64,000 nucleotides of DNA. Origin: a virus. Lineage: Duplodnaviria; Caudoviricetes. The translations under genes were made by a program, and so were the position numbers. Numbering within the stretch: the stretch's first letter is position 1; each line of letters begins with the position of its first letter. Shown here one piece after another: positions 61,222 through 64,000 of this stretch. Where the stretch lies: IMG/VR virus record IMGVR_UViG_3300028591_000019, positions 13,408-77,407 of that record. One strand, 5' to 3'. The notes below the pieces were generated by a model, which was not told where the DNA came from, ran no database searches, and saw nothing but the letters and a program-made list of their open reading frames with translations.

Positions 61222-64000
61222 TTAGTTGCAGTAAATCGGTAGCACCGAAAGCACTTCGGACAACGGTTTATTCAGCATATCCGAACCGACTTTCATGCCG
61301 TTGATTATGATGTTATGGCTATCAGTATTGCTCGTATTGAACCCCATCCTGCTCTGCGGTTTGTCCATCATCGCCGACATCCCGAACATCCTTTCGAGCG
61401 AAGAAGTGAAGTCCGCAAACTGCTGACTCCGTTTCGGTGAAAGGATTGCATTCGACAATTTGCCGTTCAACACGACCTCGTCTGCCTTTGTAGCCTTGAA
61501 CATATATCCAAGACCGTTCGCAATGCCGCCCGAATCGTAAGAATCCAAAGCCGTTCCGTTCGACAAAGCGGTAATAAGGTTAAGCAAGTCTCCGATAACT
61601 CCTTCAACATTGCCTGTCAGACCGCCCGCTTTGCTCTTCATCATCCGTTTCAGAACCTTCTCGATATTTACATCCTTCTTGCCGTCTATCGCTTTCTGAA
61701 TATCATCCTTCAGTTCGCTCCACACATCTTCAAGATAGTCGTACTGCGCTTGGAGATAATCCTTTTGCTTTTCAGCAAGGTCTTCCTGCGCTTTCAGAAT
61801 GTCTTTCTGGTCTGCCATCCATTCCCATTGCCCTGTCTCCGCATTAAAGTACCGAACCGTTCTCTCTGTCTGAGCGTTGATAAGTTCCTGCTCTGCTTCG
61901 AGCAAATCCATCCTTGCTTCTTCAAGCTTGGTCGCTTTTTCGGATACTTCCTTCCCGTATTGCAGATAGAACAATTCCGCATCTATCGCTTCAAGTTGCT
62001 TGTCAAGTGCGTCCCCCGCCTTTTCGAGCAAGTCTTCCATATATTGCTGAAGTTTCTCCCACCAGTCTCCAGAAGAAGCAGAGCCTTTACCACCAATGCC
62101 AGCAATCTTCTTGCTACGGTCAGCAAGCCCTGCCCCAGATGGTACTGTTCCATAATAGTGGTGAGGAACTTCTAAATAATCTTGAGCAAAAAGTTTCCTC
62201 GTTTCAGTAGCATTATGAATAACAGCACCTTTTGGCAGAGAAATAAGTGCAGGTCTACCGCCATTAACAAAGAACGATTTCCCACCAGTCTCGATAAGTT
62301 CTGGATTAAACCCGCCTTTTTCATCGTTTACCCAAGTAAGACCGCCCTTAAAACTACTCGTTCCTGTTGCGGAATGCCCTTCTCCATATCCTTCTCCGCC
62401 ACCTTCGCCGCCTTCGCCGCCAACGCCATAAGAGGCGATGAAGTTCAAATAATATGTCTTCGCCGCACTTTCTGCCGTGCTAACAATGCCACCTATTTCG
62501 GTTTTAACATCATCGGCATTAGTAGAGAATTTTAGCTTCTTTTCTTCGGCTACCTTCTTCTCTAGGTCATCAATCTGATTGATAAGTCCTTGTAATGCGG
62601 CTACATCAACGCTTGGGTCATAAACGCCTGTTGCCTGTTGCATCGAAAGAATTGCAGTGGCACTTACTTCAAGTGCGTTCGCAACCTTGAGCAATTGCTC
62701 TGGGTCATCAGTTATCGCAAAATCAAAACCGCCGTCAGCGTTTTTCTTTACAGCCGCAAGACCGTCCGCAACTTTATACCAACCATCCGCCGTTTTTTCA
62801 ACACCTTTAGCGTTTGATATGAGGTCAAACAGACCACGCCCCATGCTCTTCTCGCTGAAGACATCTTTCAATTCTTTTGCGTGTTTTAAAATGTCTTCTC
62901 CAGATTTGCCTTGTACATAATCCGCACCAAAAAGAAGCTTTGCCCCCTCTTGAAATGCGTTAGAACCAAAATACCCCTTGTCCCCCGCTTCGACCATCTT
63001 GTCGAAAGCATCCGACATGGTTTGGAAATTGTCGTCCTTTTCACCGCCAGAACTTAATGCATTCTTATATGCTTCTAAAGCGTTCTTTGCTTTATTTGCC
63101 GCATCCGCATTTTCATCAAGGCTTCCAGTAGCGTCCTCAACATTGCTTGCAAATTCTGGGAACATTGCGTCCAGAACTTCTAATTTCGCCGCCAGAAGTT
63201 CTTGGTCTTTAATCGTATCTTGTAGATTCTTCCGATACGCATCAAATTCTTCCTGCGTATCTAGAAGCCCCCACTTTTGGTCACCCCTTAGGATTTCTTG
63301 TTCTTCTGCTTTCCATCTGTTTCGCCTTGATTCCCGTGCGGCATCTACTTGTGGTTTCAAGAACCCCGCCGCAGACAAGAGGCTCATATATTCCTTTGAA
63401 TTATATATCTCTCTTCTCTGCTCTACCCCTAAAGTCCTTGCGGATTGTTGTACCTCTTCAATCGCCGTGTGAATTGCGTCATAATACTTGATAATGCCAT
63501 CATCAGACCAATCAGCGGCTTCCCACATTCCTTCTCTTACTACAGCCGCACCAGACAAAGCATCATGTATAATATTCGAGACTTCTGGATTCTTTGACAG
63601 ATAGGATTGCACATATTTAACAGCGGCTTTCTTTTGCCGTTCAAATAAATATTGCGTTTCCAAATTCTCCGCTGTACGGGTTTCAGCCTCAACAGCCTCG
63701 CCTACGTTCGCCTTAATTTTCTCCGCTGTTAACTGCCCATATTTCCCGACAAGAGAATCAACTGCTGACGCTTCATACCCAAGCGCAACTGCTAATTGCC
63801 TAGATGCTTCCGCTTGTTCCTTTGAACCATCCGTTGCTTTTTGATATGCGCTGTATAGTTCAACAACCTTAGATGTTTCTTCTGCGGATTTCTGAGCGTT
63901 CTCCATAGAAGCATCTGCCGCTTCTTGAATAGACTGCCTATACTTTTGGACGGCAATAACTGTTGCTGTTATTGCGGCTGTAATTCCAGCAAGCACAAGC
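61222..64000 (-). CDS. Tape measure protein (5' end beyond the right edge)
   Basis: Over 924 aa, alanine-rich coiled coil; ATGT...PELIE and YDSGG motifs typical of tape measure C-termini. Confidence 0.85.
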   Translation of the reverse strand, partial: LVLAGITAAITATVIAVQKYRQSIQEAADASMENAQKSAEETSKVVELYSAYQKATDGSKEQAEASRQLAVALGYEASAVDSLVGKYGQLTAEKIKANVGEAVEAETRTAENLETQYLFERQKKAAVKYVQSYLSKNPEVSNIIHDALSGAAVVREGMWEAADWSDDGIIKYYDAIHTAIEEVQQSARTLGVEQRREIYNSKEYMSLLSAAGFLKPQVDAARESRRNRWKAEEQEILRGDQKWGLLDTQEEFDAYRKNLQDTIKDQELLAAKLEVLDAMFPEFASNVEDATGSLDENADAANKAKNALEAYKNALSSGGEKDDNFQTMSDAFDKMVEAGDKGYFGSNAFQEGAKLLFGADYVQGKSGEDILKHAKELKDVFSEKSMGRGLFDLISNAKGVEKTADGWYKVADGLAAVKKNADGGFDFAITDDPEQLLKVANALEVSATAILSMQQATGVYDPSVDVAALQGLINQIDDLEKKVAEEKKLKFSTNADDVKTEIGGIVSTAESAAKTYYLNFIASYGVGGEGGEGGGEGYGEGHSATGTSSFKGGLTWVNDEKGGFNPELIETGGKSFFVNGGRPALISLPKGAVIHNATETRKLFAQDYLEVPHHYYGTVPSGAGLADRSKKIAGIGGKGSASSGDWWEKLQQYMEDLLEKAGDALDKQLEAIDAELFYLQYGKEVSEKATKLEEARMDLLEAEQELINAQTERTVRYFNAETGQWEWMADQKDILKAQEDLAEKQKDYLQAQYDYLEDVWSELKDDIQKAIDGKKDVNIEKVLKRMMKSKAGGLTGNVEGVIGDLLNLITALSNGTALDSYDSGGIANGLGYMFKATKADEVVLNGKLSNAILSPKRSQQFADFTSSLERMFGMSAMMDKPQSRMGFNTSNTDSHNIIINGMKVGSDMLNKPLSEVLSVLPIYCN

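Noticed and set aside
1-64000. Stop-codon recoding (alternative genetic code)
   Set aside because: Long conserved genes are intact under the standard bacterial code and no suppressor tRNA was seen

Overview
The whole window is phage DNA with no host housekeeping genes: a large temperate, probably long-tailed (siphovirus-like) phage of a Bacillota/Clostridia-type host. That host call is inference from strong AGGAG ribosome sites, sigma-A promoters and the gene families present. It appears unintegrated, since the attP-like site has phage genes on both sides. Left to right: (1) portal (cut by the left edge), terminase large subunit and a putative small subunit, 1-4.7 kb, minus; (2) replication/recombination operon with RuvC-like resolvase, DnaB, initiator with iterons, two SSB-like genes, RecT and YqaJ exonuclease, then tRNA-Gln and structured non-coding elements, 4.9-12.9 kb, minus; (3) Cro / LexA-like CI / second XRE repressor / tyrosine integrase / attP with a tRNA 3' end, 12.9-15.7 kb; (4) an arm of small mosaic genes, 15.9-24 kb, minus; (5) a sigma-like gene followed by an early-type cassette region with ten copies of TGTAGTAA-N11-GTGACTC and anti-defence-type cargo, a second tyrosine recombinase and more small genes, 25-46.7 kb, plus; (6) tail, tail fibre and lysis module to the tape measure protein (cut by the right edge), 47-64 kb, minus. 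Embedded in the tail module is a radical SAM / CXXX-repeat modification system whose 25-cysteine target is fused to a structural-looking N-terminus. Best candidates for new biology: that tail-embedded modification system, the sigma-like gene with its ten-copy motif, candidate anti-defence proteins (NLTPH-motif protein, orphan MqsA-like zinc fingers), and covarying RNA hairpin repeats beside the tRNA. Family names come from motif recognition and memory, not database searches. Several start codons were moved from the ORF track using ribosome-binding sites and gene overlaps.
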